Shown: positions 24,008 through 46,010 of the stretch, one piece after another
Layout: each line of letters starts with the position of its first letter
How positions within the stretch are numbered: the first letter of the stretch is position 1
DNA from: Escherichia coli
GTDB taxonomy: Bacteria > Pseudomonadota > Gammaproteobacteria > Enterobacterales > Enterobacteriaceae
Strand: one strand, 5' to 3'
Length of the DNA: 64,000 nucleotides
NCBI RefSeq assembly: GCF_009931435.1
Contig: NZ_CP043414.1
Position numbers and translations under genes: made by a program
Notes under the pieces: model-generated
Database searches by the model: none
The model's input: only the letters and a program-made list of their open reading frames with translations
Told to the model about the DNA's origin: nothing

Positions 24008-24592
24008 GTGAATCTGATGACGACGATAACAGGCGTTGTGCTGGCGGGCGGTAAAGCCAGACGAATGGGCGGCGTAGATAAAGGATTGCTTGAATTAAAC
24101 GGCAAACCATTATGGCAACATGTCGCTGACGCGCTTATGACGCAGCTCTCTCACGTCGTGGTTAATGCTAATCGTCATCAGGAAATCTATCAGGCAAGCG
24201 GTCTGAAAGTGATTGAAGATACACTGGCGGATTACCCAGGCCCTCTGGCAGGAATGCTTTCAGTAATGCAGCAGGAAGCGGGGGAGTGGTTTTTGTTTTG
24301 CCCATGCGATACGCCTTACATTCCCCCTGATTTAGCTGCCCGGCTTAATCATCAGCGCAAAGATGCGCCTGTCGTGTGGGTCCACGACGGTGAACGCGAT
24401 CACCCGACTATTGCTCTGGTAAACCGCGCAATTGAGCCTTTATTACTGGAATATCTGCAAGCAGGAGAACGCCGGGTAATGGCATTTATGCGTCTGGCTG
24501 GCGGTCATGCGGTTGATTTCAGCGATAATAAAAATGCATTTATTAACGTGAATACGCCAGAGGAGCTTGCCCGATGGCAGGAAAAACGATGA
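24008..24592 (+). CDS. mobA: molybdenum cofactor guanylyltransferase
   Basis: 194 aa, [28 protein letters not shown]. Confidence 0.95.
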
Positions 24593-25092
24593 TACCGTTA
24601 CTCGCCTTTGCCGCGTGGAGTGGCACTGGAAAAACTACGCTGCTGAAAAAACTGATCCCGGCATTATGCGCCAGAGGGATCCGTCCAGGGCTGATTAAGC
24701 ATACGCACCATGATATGGATGTTGATAAACCGGGCAAAGATAGCTATGAGCTGCGCAAGGCTGGCGCGGCACAAACCATCGTTGCCAGCCAGCAGCGATG
24801 GGCCTTGATGACGGAAACACCAGACGAAGAAGAGCTGGATCTACATTTTCTCGCAAGTCGAATGGATACCTCAAAGCTGGATTTGATTCTGGTCGAAGGG
24901 TTTAAGCATGAAGAGATCGCAAAGATTGTGCTGTTTCGCGATGGAGCCGGACATCGACCGGAAGAATTAGTGATAGACAGACATGTTATTGCTGTAGCCA
25001 GTGATGTGCCGCTTAATCTTGATGTCGCGTTACTGGATATTAATGATGTTGAGGGGCTGGCTGATTTTGTGGTGGAGTGGATGCAAAAGTAG
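24574..25092 (+). CDS. mobB: molybdopterin-guanine dinucleotide biosynthesis adapter protein MobB
   Basis: P-loop GTGKTTLL; overlaps the mobA stop; start could be the ATG at 24574 or 24589. Confidence 0.9.
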   Translation: MAGKTMIPLLAFAAWSGTGKTTLLKKLIPALCARGIRPGLIKHTHHDMDVDKPGKDSYELRKAGAAQTIVASQQRWALMTETPDEEELDLHFLASRMDTSKLDLILVEGFKHEEIAKIVLFRDGAGHRPEELVIDRHVIAVASDVPLNLDVALLDINDVEGLADFVVEWMQK

Positions 25093-25145
25093 GCTGGATA
25101 AGATGCGCCAGCGTCGCATCCGGCATGATTTTCTGCACCAATGCA

Positions 25146-25174
25146 AAAAGGCCATCCGTCAGGATGGCCTTTCG
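25146..25174 (-). terminator. rRNA operon terminator (T1-like)
   Basis: Minus strand aaaggccatcctgacggatggcctttttg hairpin and U-run just downstream of 5S. Confidence 0.65.
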
Positions 25175-25183
25175 CTTAATTTG

Positions 25184-25303
25184 ATGCCTGGCAGTTCCCT
25201 ACTCTCGCATGGGGAGACCCCACACTACCATCGGCGCTACGGCGTTTCACTTCTGAGTTCGGCATGGGGTCAGGTGGGACCACCGCGCTAAGGCCGCCAG
25301 GCA
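25184..25303 (-). rRNA. rrfA: 5S ribosomal RNA
   Basis: 120-nt match to E. coli 5S (TGCCTGGCGGC...CTGCCAGGCAT on the minus strand). Confidence 0.96.
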
Positions 25304-25396
25304 AATTCTGTTTCATCAGACCGCTTCTGCGTTCTGATTTAATCTGTATCAGGCTGAAAATCTTCTCTCAATCCGCCAAAACATCTTCGGCGTTGT

Positions 25397-28300
<2,904 letters not shown>

Positions 28301-28484
28301 CTCACAACCCGAAGATGTTTCTTGCGATTCATCATCGTGTTGCGAAAATTTGAGAGACTCACGAACAACTTTCGTTGTTCAGTGTTTCAATTTTCAGCTT
28401 GATCCAGATTTTTAAAGAGCAAAACTTCGCAGTGAACCTTTGCAGGTACACTCTGAAGTATTTTTTATTTAATCACTACAGAGA

Positions 28485-28560
28485 TGGTGGAGCTATGCGG
28501 GATCGAACCGCAGACCTCCTGCGTGCAAAGCAGGCGCTCTCCCAGCTGAGCTATAGCCCC
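28485..28560 (-). tRNA. alaT: tRNA-Ala (UGC), rRNA spacer tRNA
   Basis: Minus strand GGGGCTATAGCTCAGCTGGGAGAGCGCCTGCTTTGCACGCAGGAGGTCTGCGGTTCGATCCCGCATAGCTCCACCA. Confidence 0.97.
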
Positions 28561-28602
28561 ATAACATGTAGTTAAAACCTCTTCAAATTTGCGGTGCAAA
28601 TT

Positions 28603-28679
<77 letters not shown>

Positions 28680-28747
28680 GTAGAGGTTTTACTGCTCATT
28701 TTCATCAGACAATCTGTGTGAGCACTGCAAAGTACGCTTCTTTAAGG

Positions 28748-30289
<1,542 letters not shown>

Positions 30290-30464
30290 AAAAGTTTGAT
30301 GCTCAAAGAATTAAACTTCGTAATGAATTACGTGTTCACTCTTGAGACTTGGTATTCATTTTTCGTCTTGCGACGTTAAGAATCCGTATCTTCGAGTGCC
30401 CACACAGATTGTCTGATAAATTGTTAAAGAGCAGTGCCGCTTCGCTTTTTCTCAGCGGCGCGGG

Positions 30465-30645
30465 GTGTGCATAATACACTTTCCCGCTACAGAGTCAAGC
30501 ATTTTTTTGCTTTTCTCTGTCGAGATTCTCAGGAGAACCTCGCTGACCCGGCGGCGTGTTTGCCGTTGTTCCGTGTCAGTGGTGGCGCATTATAGGGAGT
30601 TATTCCGGCCTGACAAGAGGAAATTTAAAATAATTTTCCGACCGC
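30465..30645 (-). promoter_or_regulatory. rrn tandem promoters P1 and P2 with AT-rich UP element
   Basis: P1: TTGTCA (30611-30616) / TATAAT (30589-30594), 16-bp spacer, AT-rich UP element upstream. P2: TTGACT (30493-30498) / TATTAT (30471-30476). Confidence 0.8.
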
Positions 30646-30665
30646 GCATTTTTTACTCTTTATGC

Positions 30666-31211
30666 TTATTTCAGCGTCGGTTTGTCGGTTAAATGGGCGA
30701 TTTCTCGGGCGAAATTCGCCACCTGCTGCCAATCGGTATAGACAACTTCTTTGCGCGTATCCGTTTCACCGCCTGACATCTTCATAATCAGCTTGATCAT
30801 AAAGCGGTCGTACCAGCGGTAACGTGGATAACGTAGCGCCCCGGCAATGACGGCACAGCGATCGGGACGCCATTGTGAACTCATCAGAAACTTGCGCGCG
30901 TAGCTGTTGGTCTGTGGAGTACGCTTCTCCGGTTTACGCGCCACCAGGTTTACGGAGTAAAAGGCGCTCGGCATCGAATTCAGCCGCGTCGCATGCTTTT
31001 TGACAAATTCCTGGAACGCAGAGTGGTAGTGACCATAGCGAATAGAAGCACCAATGACCACACGGTCGTAGTTTTCCCACTGGGGTTCTTCAATGCGGTG
31101 CACATTGGCGACATCCGCCTGGATCCCCAGTTCTTTCAGTTCCGAAGCCAGGTAGGAGGCAATCTCGCGCGTTTGTCCGTCCCTTGTTGAGAAAAGAATT
31201 AATGTTTTCAC
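30666..31211 (-). CDS. hemG: protoporphyrinogen oxidase (flavodoxin-like, menaquinone-dependent)
   Basis: 181 aa, [22 protein letters not shown] flavodoxin fold. Confidence 0.95.
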   Translation of the reverse strand: MKTLILFSTRDGQTREIASYLASELKELGIQADVANVHRIEEPQWENYDRVVIGASIRYGHYHSAFQEFVKKHATRLNSMPSAFYSVNLVARKPEKRTPQTNSYARKFLMSSQWRPDRCAVIAGALRYPRYRWYDRFMIKLIMKMSGGETDTRKEVVYTDWQQVANFAREIAHLTDKPTLK

Positions 31212-31222
31212 GTATTACTCCA

Positions 31223-32674
31223 TCATTCACGCCAGAAAGTCGGGGTAAAGAGCACCAGCAATGTAAAGACCTCGAGACGACCAAACAGCATGTTGGCAAT
31301 CAGGATCCATTTAGCCACCGGGTTCATACTGGTAAAGTTATCAGCAACCACGCCAAGCCCTGGTCCCAGGTTATTCAATGTCGCAACAACCGAGGCAAAG
31401 GCAGAAAAGTCATCCACACCCGTGGCGATAATCGCCAGCATACTGACAATAAACACCAATGCATAGGCGGAGAAAAATCCCCAAACGGCTTCGAGGATAC
31501 GTTCCGGCAGTGCGCGATTCCCCAGCTTAATGCTATACACGGCGTTCGGGTGCACCAGTCGTTTCAGCTCACGGTTCCCCTGCTTAAACAGCAGCAGAAT
31601 GCGGATCACTTTCAGGCCACCGCCCGTAGACCCGGCGCAACCGCCAATAAATGCTGAACATAAAAGCAGTACCGGCAAAAAGAGCGGCCAGCGGGCAATG
31701 CTATCTGTCGTAAATCCGGCGGTCGTCGCCATCGACACCACCTGAAAAAACGCCTGGTTAATTGTCATCAGCGCCGAACTGTAGACATTATGAAACCACA
31801 GCACGAGGGTACAAATAACCACCAGCGTAAACTGTACGCCGATAAACATGCGAAATTCCGGATCGCGCCAATAAACCTTCAGACTACGCCCACTTAACAG
31901 CGAAAAGTGCAGACCGTAGTTACAGCCGGAGATCAGCAGGAAGATAGCAATGATGGTGTTAATAGTCGGGCTGTCGAAATAACCGATACTGGCATCATGT
32001 GTCGAGAAGCCGCCAATAGCGATAGTCGCAAAGCTATGGCCGATGGCATCAAAGGCATCCATTCCGGCAAACCACAACGCCAGCGCACAGGCGACGGTCA
32101 GCAAGACATAAATCAACCACAGGGTTTTCGCCGTTTCCGCAATTCGCGGGCGCATTTTGTTATCTTTCAGCGGGCCGGGCATTTCCGCGCGATAGAGCTG
32201 CATCCCACCCACGCCGAGGATAGGCAGTATCGCAACCGCCAAAACGATGATCCCCATCCCGCCAAACCATTGCAGCATCTGGCGATAAAAGAGGATTGCG
32301 TGAGGAAGTGTATCCAGTCCCACCAGCGTAGTGGCCCCCGTGGTAGTCAGACCGGAGAAAGATTCAAAAAACGCATCGGTAATCGTGAGGTTTGGGCTTT
32401 CCGAAAAGATAAAAGGGAGCGCACCGACGCTACCCAACACGGTCCAGAACAGCACCACTATCAGAAACCCTTCACGGGATTTCAGTTCGCCCTTTTCTTT
32501 ACGGTTCGGCCACCACAGCATAGAACCAATGGCAAGGGCGACAAAAAAGGTCTGGGTAAAAGCGCGGCCCGCTCCATCCCGGTAGATGAGTGCTACCAGC
32601 CCAGGGATAATCATGGTCCCTGAAAATAAGATGACCAGTAGTCCAACGATTCGGGTAATGGCGCGAAAATGCAT
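31223..32674 (-). CDS. trkH: Trk-system potassium uptake protein
   Basis: 483-aa polytopic membrane protein; synteny. Confidence 0.95.
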   Translation of the reverse strand: MHFRAITRIVGLLVILFSGTMIIPGLVALIYRDGAGRAFTQTFFVALAIGSMLWWPNRKEKGELKSREGFLIVVLFWTVLGSVGALPFIFSESPNLTITDAFFESFSGLTTTGATTLVGLDTLPHAILFYRQMLQWFGGMGIIVLAVAILPILGVGGMQLYRAEMPGPLKDNKMRPRIAETAKTLWLIYVLLTVACALALWFAGMDAFDAIGHSFATIAIGGFSTHDASIGYFDSPTINTIIAIFLLISGCNYGLHFSLLSGRSLKVYWRDPEFRMFIGVQFTLVVICTLVLWFHNVYSSALMTINQAFFQVVSMATTAGFTTDSIARWPLFLPVLLLCSAFIGGCAGSTGGGLKVIRILLLFKQGNRELKRLVHPNAVYSIKLGNRALPERILEAVWGFFSAYALVFIVSMLAIIATGVDDFSAFASVVATLNNLGPGLGVVADNFTSMNPVAKWILIANMLFGRLEVFTLLVLFTPTFWRE

Positions 32675-32712
32675 CTCTGCCGCTTCCTTAGTTCTGCAAA
32701 ACGAAGTGGGGA

Positions 32713-33330
32713 TTATTCTTCAATCGCTAACAATTGCAATGAACCACGGCTAAAATCCGCCAGCTTTGCGGAAAATTCAGCCACTTTCGCCGCCGGAAGC
32801 GCCACCCGCAGCAGAACGAATGCCTGATAATCACTGTTGATAATTTTGCCGCCACACTGCCCCAGCAACGCTTCAATGCCGGTTAACTGACTATATTCAC
32901 ATTGCAAAGTATATTCGGTTAATGGCGTCTTGCGTTGGGTCGTTAGCTGGCGCAGTGCCTGATTCACGCCGCCGCCATACGCTTTCACTAACCCACCGGT
33001 GCCCAGCAATATGCCGCCGTAGTAGCGCACCACCACGGCGGTAATTTCCCCGACGCCGCTGCCCATAAGTTGGGCGAGCATCGGTTTACCTGCCGTTCCC
33101 GCCGGTTCCCCGTCATCAGAGAAACCCAGTTGTTGAGAATCATCCGGTGCGCCAGCTACCCACGCCACGCAATGGTGGCGGGCATCAGGGTGTTCTGCCC
33201 GCACCGATTCAACAAACGCTTTCGCCGCCTCGACGCCATCGGTATGCGCCAACAGCGTAATGAAGCGGCTTTTTTTGATCTCTTCAACAACCGTGACCGG
33301 TGCCGCAGGAATTAACCAGCTTTCCATCAC
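32713..33330 (-). CDS. yigZ: IMPACT-family protein
   Basis: 205 aa; overlaps the pepQ start by 4 bp. Confidence 0.9.
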
Positions 33331-34658
33331 GCCAGTTTCAGATCCCGGGTCATGTTTTCCACGTTGTTTTCGTGGATCACCACGTTGTCTTCGATACGAA
33401 TACCGCCGAACGGTTTCAGTGCTTCAATTTTCTGCCAGTTGAAGTGTTTGCTGAACTGCCCTTCACGCCACGGTGCCAGCAGCGATTCGATGAAGTAGAT
33501 ACCCGGTTCGATGGTTAAGACCATGCCCGGCTGGAGAATACGGGTGCAGCGCAGGTACGGATATTTTGCCGGTGCCGCGAGGTGCGTACCGCTATCATCC
33601 TGCATAAAACCGGCCACGTCATGCACCTGCAGGCCCAGCGGATGGCCGATACCGTGCGGCATAAACGGTCCGGTAAGATCATTTTCGACCATCGCCTCTT
33701 CACTCATATCGGTGATGATTTGATGTTTACGCAGCAGTTTGGCGATACGCTGATGGAACTGGATGTGGTAATCCACATAGCTGACGCCTGCTTTCATGGT
33801 GGCGATCAGCGCCAGTTGTTCATCATTTACGTCTTTCACCAGCTGTGCATAGTCGTTGTCGCTTTTTGCCGACCAGGTACGAGTCAGGTCAGCCGCATAG
33901 CCGTTATATTCGGCCCCGGCATCCAGCAGGAAGCTGCGCATCTCTTCCGGTGCCTGATGGTCGAGTTTGGTGTAATGCAGTACCGCAGCGTGTTCGTTGA
34001 GCGCCACAATGTTGCTGTAAGGCACGTCGGTATCACGATGACCGGTCGCGGTCAGATAGGCAATGTTGATATCGAACTCGCTCATGCCAGAACGGAACGC
34101 TTCTTCTGCCGCGCGATGACCGTTGACCGCCATTTTCTGCGCTTCTCGCATACAGGCCAGTTCGTACTCGGTTTTGAAGGAGCGGTAGTAATGCAGGTAG
34201 TCGATCACCCCTTTCGGGTTGATATTGCTGGCCTCAATACCCAGTTGCAGCGCACGTTCTGGCACCGGACCGATATAACCGATATTGCCGCGCGCAGCAG
34301 GCAACAGACTACCAATGCCATCGGCTTTCGGCAGCGCGATCACTTCTACATCTTCAGTCCAGAAGGAGTTCGGCAGCGGTTCGACGTTGTGCCAGTAATC
34401 AACCGGCAGATAGAACCACAGTTTCGGCTTATTCACGCCATCCACCAGCAGCCAGCAGTTTGGCACCTGAGTTACCGGCACCCACGCTTTGAATTGCGGG
34501 TTCACTTTAAACGGATAGGGATGATCGTCGAGAAAAACGTTGAACAGTTCGCCGGAGTGAATAAGTAACGCATCCAGCTTGAAGCGCGCCAACGCATCGC
34601 GAGTCCGTTCCTGTAAGGTAGCTATATGATTTTTATAGAGCGAGGCCAGTGATTCCAT
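33327..34658 (-). CDS. pepQ: Xaa-Pro dipeptidase (prolidase)
   Basis: 443 aa, M24 metallopeptidase motifs ([13 protein letters not shown]). Confidence 0.95.
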
Positions 34659-34804
34659 TTTTTACCCTTCTGTTTTTTGACCTTAAGTCTCCGCATCTTA
34701 GCACAACGTTAATACAGAGCGTGATTTCTGCCGAGCGTGATCAGATTGGCATTTCTTTAATCTTTTATTTGCATATTTTTAACACAAAATACACACTTCG
34801 TCTC

Positions 34805-34821
34805 ATCTGGTACGACCAGAT
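34805..34821 (+). promoter_or_regulatory. FadR operator in the fadBA promoter
   Basis: ATCTGGTACGACCAGAT palindrome about 26 bp upstream of the fadB start. Confidence 0.75.
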
Positions 34822-34846
34822 CACCTTGCGGATTCAGGAGACTGAC

Positions 34847-37036
34847 ATGCTTTACAAAGGCGACACCCTGTACCTTGACTGGCTGGAAGATGGCATTGCC
34901 GAACTGGTATTTGATGCCCCAGGTTCAGTTAATAAACTCGACACTGCGACCGTCGCCAGCCTCGGCGAGGCCATCGGCGTGCTGGAACAGCAATCAGATT
35001 TAAAAGGGCTGCTGCTGCGTTCGAATAAAGCAGCCTTTATCGTCGGTGCTGATATCACCGAATTCTTGTCCCTGTTCCTCGTTCCTGAAGAACAGTTAAG
35101 CCAGTGGCTGCATTTTGCCAATAGCGTGTTTAATCGCCTGGAAGATCTGCCGGTGCCGACCATTGCTGCCGTCAACGGCTATGCGCTGGGCGGTGGCTGC
35201 GAATGTGTGCTGGCGACCGATTATCGTCTGGCGACGCCAGATCTGCGCATCGGTCTGCCGGAAACCAAACTGGGCATTATGCCGGGCTTTGGCGGTTCTG
35301 TACGTATGCCACGTATGCTCGGTGCTGATAGTGCGCTGGAAATCATTGCCGCCGGTAAAGATGTCGGCGCGGATCAGGCGCTGAAAATCGGTCTGGTGGA
35401 TGGCGTAGTCAAAGCAGAAAAACTGGTTGAAGGCGCGAAGGCGATTTTACGTCAGGCTATTAACGGCGACCTCGACTGGAAAGCGAAACGTCAGCCGAAG
35501 CTGGAACCGCTAAAACTGAGCAAGATTGAAGCCACCATGAGCTTCACCATCGCTAAAGGAATGGTCGCACAAACAGCAGGGAAACATTACCCCGCACCCA
35601 TCACCGCAGTAAAAACCATTGAAGCGGCTGCCCGTTTTGGTCGTGAAGAAGCATTAAATCTGGAAAACAAAAGTTTTGTCCCGCTGGCGCATACCAACGA
35701 AGCTCGCGCACTGGTCGGCATTTTCCTTAACGATCAATATGTAAAAGGTAAAGCGAAGAAACTCACCAAAGATGTTGAAACCCCGAAACAGGCCGCTGTG
35801 CTGGGCGCAGGCATTATGGGCGGCGGCATCGCTTACCAGTCTGCGTGGAAAGGCGTGCCGGTTGTCATGAAAGATATCAACGACAAGTCGTTAACCCTCG
35901 GCATGACCGAAGCCGCGAAACTGCTGAACAAGCAGCTTGAGCGCGGCAAGATCGACGGTCTGAAACTGGCTGGCGTGATCTCCACGATTCATCCAACGCT
36001 CGACTACACCGGGTTTGATCGCGTGGACGTTGTGGTAGAAGCGGTTGTCGAAAACCCGAAAGTGAAAAAAGCCGTGCTGGCAGAAACCGAGCAGAAAGTA
36101 CGCCCGGATACCGTGCTGGCTTCCAATACTTCAACCATTCCTATCAGCGAACTGGCCAACGCGCTGGAACGCCCGGAAAACTTCTGCGGGATGCATTTCT
36201 TTAACCCAGTGCACCGGATGCCGTTGGTGGAAATTATTCGCGGTGAGAAAAGCTCCGACGAAACCATCGCGAAAGTTGTCGCATGGGCGAGCAAGATGGG
36301 TAAAACGCCAATTGTGGTTAATGACTGCCCCGGCTTCTTTGTTAACCGCGTGCTGTTCCCCTATTTCGCCGGTTTCAGCCAGCTGCTGCGCGACGGCGCG
36401 GATTTTCGCAAGATCGACAAAGTGATGGAAAAACAGTTCGGCTGGCCGATGGGTCCGGCATACTTGCTGGATGTCGTGGGCATTGATACCGCGCATCACG
36501 CCCAGGCAGTGATGGCAGCAGGTTTCCCGCAGCGGATGCAGAAAGATTATCGCGATGCCATCGACGCTCTGTTTGATGCCAACCGTTTTGGTCAGAAGAA
36601 CGGCCTTGGTTTCTGGCGTTATAAAGAAGACAGCAAAGGTAAGCCGAAGAAAGAAGAAGATGCCGCCGTTGACGACCTGCTGGCAGAAGTCAGCCAGCCG
36701 AAGCGAGATTTCAGCGAAGAAGAGATTATCGCCCGCATGATGATCCCGATGGTCAACGAAGTGGTGCGTTGTCTGGAGGAAGGCATTATCGCCACTCCGG
36801 CAGAAGTCGATATGGCACTGGTCTACGGCCTGGGCTTCCCTCCGTTCCACGGCGGCGCGTTCCGCTGGCTGGACACCCTCGGTAGCGCAAAATATCTCGA
36901 TATGGCACAACAATATCAGCACCTCGGCCCGCTGTATGAAGTGCCGGAAGGTCTGCGTAATAAAGCGCGTCATAATGAACCGTACTATCCCCCGGTTGAG
37001 CCAGCCCGTCCGGTTGGCGACCTGAAAACGGCTTAA
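34847..37036 (+). CDS. fadB: fatty acid oxidation complex alpha subunit (enoyl-CoA hydratase / 3-hydroxyacyl-CoA dehydrogenase)
   Basis: Start taken at [16 protein letters not shown] (729 aa); the ORF-track start at 34649 is an upstream in-frame extension. Confidence 0.97.
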   Translation: MLYKGDTLYLDWLEDGIAELVFDAPGSVNKLDTATVASLGEAIGVLEQQSDLKGLLLRSNKAAFIVGADITEFLSLFLVPEEQLSQWLHFANSVFNRLEDLPVPTIAAVNGYALGGGCECVLATDYRLATPDLRIGLPETKLGIMPGFGGSVRMPRMLGADSALEIIAAGKDVGADQALKIGLVDGVVKAEKLVEGAKAILRQAINGDLDWKAKRQPKLEPLKLSKIEATMSFTIAKGMVAQTAGKHYPAPITAVKTIEAAARFGREEALNLENKSFVPLAHTNEARALVGIFLNDQYVKGKAKKLTKDVETPKQAAVLGAGIMGGGIAYQSAWKGVPVVMKDINDKSLTLGMTEAAKLLNKQLERGKIDGLKLAGVISTIHPTLDYTGFDRVDVVVEAVVENPKVKKAVLAETEQKVRPDTVLASNTSTIPISELANALERPENFCGMHFFNPVHRMPLVEIIRGEKSSDETIAKVVAWASKMGKTPIVVNDCPGFFVNRVLFPYFAGFSQLLRDGADFRKIDKVMEKQFGWPMGPAYLLDVVGIDTAHHAQAVMAAGFPQRMQKDYRDAIDALFDANRFGQKNGLGFWRYKEDSKGKPKKEEDAAVDDLLAEVSQPKRDFSEEEIIARMMIPMVNEVVRCLEEGIIATPAEVDMALVYGLGFPPFHGGAFRWLDTLGSAKYLDMAQQYQHLGPLYEVPEGLRNKARHNEPYYPPVEPARPVGDLKTA

Positions 37037-38209
<1,173 letters not shown>

Positions 38210-38214
38210 CCACT

Positions 38215-38335
38215 TGCCGGATGCGGCGTGAATGCCTTATCCGGTCTACCGACCCGGCACTAATGTAGGCCTGATAAGACGCGCCAGCGTCGCATCAGGC
38301 ATCGATTGCCGGATGCGACATAGATCTAAATGCCA
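38215..38335. repeat. REP/BIME elements
   Basis: gccggatgcggcgtgaatgccttatccggtctac and gcctgataagacgcgccagcgtcgcatcaggc units. Confidence 0.7.
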
Positions 38336-38362
38336 CTGTATAAAGTTTTAGTTGCCGTTCTT

Positions 38363-38388
38363 CCCGCCTGTCAGGGGCGGGTTTTTTA
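38363..38388 (+). terminator. rho-independent terminator after fadA
   Basis: cccgcctgtcaggggcggg hairpin followed by a T6 run. Confidence 0.65.
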
Positions 38389-38392
38389 TATC

Positions 38393-39094
38393 TCAGATAA
38401 ACGCAAACGCATCGCCAAACAGGCGGTCTTCCCGCGCATTACGCTCACTGCAAAACAGGTCACGGGCGATTTTCGCCATCTCAAAACGCCCGGCAATGTA
38501 GATATCATGCTCTGCCAGCGTGCCGTGATCCTGCAATACCGCCGTTAACACGGTGCCAGTACGCCCACGCCAACCCGCTTCCGGTTGTTCAACCACCGGC
38601 ACCACTTGCAGACCAGGATGCTTCAGCGAAAGCGCCTCAAGCTCGCAGAGATCATAAAGATGCTGCTCTTCACGCCCCCCCCAGTAAATGGTGATATCAC
38701 GGTTTGGGTTACGCGCCAGCGCCGTCAGCAAAATCGAGCGCGCATAAGAGAACCCGGTGCCACCCGCAATCAAAATCATCGGACGTTCTTCATCATCGCG
38801 CAGCCACGCTTCTCCGTGGGGAATATCGACCACGATTTGATGATCTTTGAGGATACGGTCCATGACTGCTTTCGCGTAAAGGTTGATTTCAGAAGCGCCA
38901 ATATGCAGCTCGATAAACTCTTTTTCATCCGGCGTCGAAGCCATTGAGAATGGACGTTTATCGCGCTCATCCATCACCACCATCAAATACTGACCAGCAC
39001 GAAAAGAAAAGGCCGCGTCTGGCACGATTCGAACACGATATACGGTATCGGTGATAGCTTCTACCGAGGTCACTTTACAGCTTAAGGTTGTCAT
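38393..39094 (-). CDS. fre: NAD(P)H-flavin reductase
   Basis: Start chosen at [14 protein letters not shown] (233 aa); ferredoxin-reductase fold motifs. Confidence 0.93.
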
Positions 39095-39139
39095 GCGCTT
39101 TCTCTGTCGGATCGATAAATAGGGCAAAACAAACGCGCA

Positions 39140-40633
39140 TCAGGCGCTTTTACCGTTGTTAAAGATGGCCAGTTCATCCCAGATGGCGTCAATATGCGCG
39201 ACAACATCCGGATCTTTTTTGATGGGACGTCCCCATTCACGCTGGGTTTCCCCTGGCCATTTATTCGTGGCATCCAGCCCCATTTTTGAACCCAGCCCGG
39301 AGACAGGCGAGGCAAAATCCAGATAATCAATAGGCGTATTTTCTACCAGAACAGTATCCCGCGCCGGGTCCATACGGGTGGTAATCGCCCAAATCACATC
39401 GTTCCAGTCGCGTGCGTTGACGTCATCATCGCAAACGATCACAAATTTAGTGTACATAAACTGGCGTAAGAACGACCAGACGCCCATCATGACGCGCTTC
39501 GCGTGTCCGGCGTACTGTTTTTTGATCGTCACTACCGCCAGGCGATAAGAGCAGCCTTCCGGCGGCAGGTAAAAATCGACAATTTCCGGGAACTGTTTTT
39601 GCAGAATCGGCACAAACACTTCGTTCAGTGCGACACCCAGCACAGCAGGTTCATCCGGCGGACGCCCGGTATAGGTGGAATGATAAATCGCATCTTCACG
39701 CTGGGTAATATGCGTCACAGTAAATACCGGGAAACTATCGACTTCGTTATAGTAACCGGTGTGGTCGCCATACGGCCCTTCCGGCGCCGTTTCACCTTGT
39801 TCGATATACCCTTCCAGCACAATCTCCGCACTGGCGGGCACTTCAAGGTCATTGGAGATACACTTCACCACTTCGGTCTTGGTGCCGCGCAGCAATCCGG
39901 CAAACGCATATTCTGAAAGTGTATCCGGAACGGGCGTTACCGCACCGAGAATCGTAGCGGGATCAGCACCCAGCGCCACAGAAACCGGGAAACGTTCGCC
40001 CGGATGCGCCGCGCACCACTCCTGATAATCCAGCGCGCCGCCGCGATGCGACAGCCAACGCATAATCAGTTTGTTTTTACCAATCAGCTGCTGGCGATAA
40101 ATACCCAGATTCTGCCGTTCTTTATTCGGGCCGCGCGTTACGGTCAGCCCCCAGGTAATCAGCGGCGCGGCATCTTCCGGCCAGCAGGTCATAATGGGAA
40201 TGCGGTTAAGATCGACGTCATCGCCAGAGACGATTTTTTGTTGGCAGGGCGCACCACGCAGTCGCTTTGTCGGCATGTTCAATACTTGTTTAAACTGCGG
40301 CAGTTTATCAAACAGGTCGCGGAAACCTTTTGGCGGCTCCGGCTCTTTCAGAAACGCCAATAATTTACCCACTTCACGCAGCGCCGAAACATCTTCCTGC
40401 CCCATGCCCATCGCCACGCGCTTTGGCGTACCGAACAGGTTGCACAGCACCGGCATTGAGTAGCCTTTAGGGTTTTCGAACAACAACGCAGGCCCACCGG
40501 CACGCAAAGTGCGGTCAGCAATTTCAGTGATTTCCAGATGCGGATCCACCGGGAGCGTGATACGTTTTAGCTCACCCTGCTGTTCAAGCAGCGTCAGGAA
40601 GTCGCGTAAATCGTTATATTTCATGGCATCCAT
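39140..40633 (-). CDS. ubiD: 3-octaprenyl-4-hydroxybenzoate decarboxylase
   Basis: 497 aa, [25 protein letters not shown]. Confidence 0.96.
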   Translation of the reverse strand: MDAMKYNDLRDFLTLLEQQGELKRITLPVDPHLEITEIADRTLRAGGPALLFENPKGYSMPVLCNLFGTPKRVAMGMGQEDVSALREVGKLLAFLKEPEPPKGFRDLFDKLPQFKQVLNMPTKRLRGAPCQQKIVSGDDVDLNRIPIMTCWPEDAAPLITWGLTVTRGPNKERQNLGIYRQQLIGKNKLIMRWLSHRGGALDYQEWCAAHPGERFPVSVALGADPATILGAVTPVPDTLSEYAFAGLLRGTKTEVVKCISNDLEVPASAEIVLEGYIEQGETAPEGPYGDHTGYYNEVDSFPVFTVTHITQREDAIYHSTYTGRPPDEPAVLGVALNEVFVPILQKQFPEIVDFYLPPEGCSYRLAVVTIKKQYAGHAKRVMMGVWSFLRQFMYTKFVIVCDDDVNARDWNDVIWAITTRMDPARDTVLVENTPIDYLDFASPVSGLGSKMGLDATNKWPGETQREWGRPIKKDPDVVAHIDAIWDELAIFNNGKSA

Positions 40634-40754
40634 TGTAGCCTCTTAATCTGCGCCCATTATACGGCGTTCATCTTTGCGATGCTGTAAATTTGTTAAATTA
40701 GCGTGAACTCTGACGGTATAACGCAAACCGGGGAATATAATTAACTTAGCGTAA

Positions 40755-42079
<1,325 letters not shown>

Positions 42080-42108
42080 ATGACAACCGCCCTGACGGGC
42101 GGTTGAAT

Positions 42109-42885
42109 TTATTCTTCAGTTTTTTCGCTTTCTGCTTCAGCGTCGTTTTCCTCTTCCCGGTTTCGACCCTTACCAACGTAAAAGCGTGAGAAGAAGACAC
42201 CGATTTCAAACAGGCAGTACATCGGGATCGCCAGCAGCGTTTGCGAGAAGACATCCGGCGGCGTCAGCAGCATCCCGACAACAAATGCGCCAACCAGCAC
42301 ATACGGACGTTTTTTGCGTAAGTCTTCTGGCGAGGTAATTCCCATCCAGCACAGCAGCACAATTGCCACCGGCACTTCAAAGGAGACACCAAACGCCATA
42401 AACAGCGCCATAACGAAGCTTAAATAGCTGGCGATGTCGGTGGATACCTGTACCCCTTCCGGCGCGGTATTGGCAAGGAAGCCAAATGCCAGCGGAAAGA
42501 CCACAAAGTAGGCGAACGCCATGCCGATATAAAACAACAGAGAGCTGGAAACCAGCAGCGGCACCACCAGACGACGTTCATGCTTATACAGCGCTGGGGC
42601 GATAAACGCCCACACCTGATAGAGAATCACCGGCGCTGACAGAATCAGCGACACCATAAAGGTCAGCTTGATCGGCGTAAAGAACGGTGAGGCCACGTCG
42701 GTGGCGATCATCGTTGAACCTTGCGGCAACTGCTTGATCAATGGCGCGGATACCAGGTGATAGATGTCATTGGCGAAATAGACCAGACACAGGAATATCA
42801 CGATCACCGCGATAATGCAGTTCAGCAGACGCTTACGCAGCTCAATCAGATGCGTGATAAGCGGTTGAGTATCTTCTACAGACAT
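42109..42885 (-). CDS. tatC: twin-arginine translocase subunit TatC
   Basis: 258-aa six-TM protein. Confidence 0.96.
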
Positions 42886-42887
42886 GT

Positions 42888-43403
42888 TTACGGTTTATCA
42901 CTCGACGAAGGGGAAGGTGCAGCGGTTTTCGGTTCAGCGTCCGCAGCAGGTTTTACCACCGGCTCTGGCGTGGTTTCTGGCTTCTGTTCCGGCGAACTGG
43001 CCTGCGTTTGTGCAGCGGCAGGCGTTACGCCTTCATGCGCAGCTTCATTATCTTTCACCACCGGATTATGGATGGTGTGCGCTTCATCGCTCGCCTTTTC
43101 AGGATCGTTTGCAACGTAGGAACGCTTCATCGACTCCGCGGCCTGGCGTAGTTCATCCATCGACGCTTTCAGTTCGGGCGTCAGGTTAGTGAGGCTCGCC
43201 TTTTCAACCTTTTTCAGGCTGTCCTGAAACTCCTGGAGTTTTAACTCCTGGGTCAGTTCGTTCTGCACCGTTGTCGCCAGTGAACGCAACGCGCGAATCC
43301 AGCCCGCTACCGTTTTTACCGCCACAGGCAGTCGTTGCGGCCCCAGAACGACGAGGCCGATGATGAACACCAATAGCAGTTCGCTAAAACCGATATCAAA
43401 CAC
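42888..43403 (-). CDS. tatB: twin-arginine translocase subunit TatB
   Basis: 171 aa, [26 protein letters not shown]. Confidence 0.95.
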
Positions 43404-43406
43404 GGA

Positions 43407-43676
43407 TTACACCTGCTCTTTATCGTGGCGCTTCGCGTCTTCTGTTTTAGCCTGTTCCTGATTCGTATCCGCCTGCTTATCGGCGATAGTTTTCGCAGTA
43501 AAATCAGCATCCTGACTGGTTTTATCCTGCTTTGGTTCATCATCGCTCATTGCTTTTTTAAAGCCTTTGATCGACGCACCAAGATCGGAACCGATGGAGC
43601 CGAGCTTTTTGGTGCCAAAAAGCAGTACAACGATGACGGCAATAATCAATAACTGCCAAATACTGATACCACCCAT
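43407..43676 (-). CDS. tatA: twin-arginine translocase subunit TatA
   Basis: Start chosen at [25 protein letters not shown] (89 aa); the ORF-track start at 43718 is an extension. Confidence 0.93.
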   Translation of the reverse strand: MGGISIWQLLIIAVIVVLLFGTKKLGSIGSDLGASIKGFKKAMSDDEPKQDKTSQDADFTAKTIADKQADTNQEQAKTEDAKRHDKEQV

Positions 43677-43754
43677 ACATGTTCCTCTGTGGTAGATGAT
43701 GATTAAACAAGGCCGCATTATACGTTACACGGCCCGCCTTGAGCGATGAAAAAA

Positions 43755-45997
<2,243 letters not shown>

Positions 45998-46010
45998 TTC
46001 CGGTCTCCTG

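Noticed and set aside
33582-34568. 328-aa plus-strand ORF
   Set aside because: Antisense to pepQ; no independent support.
34649-34846. ORF-track N-terminal extension of fadB (795 aa)
   Set aside because: The extension covers the fadBA promoter and FadR operator; the conserved FadB N-terminus begins at the ATG at 34847.
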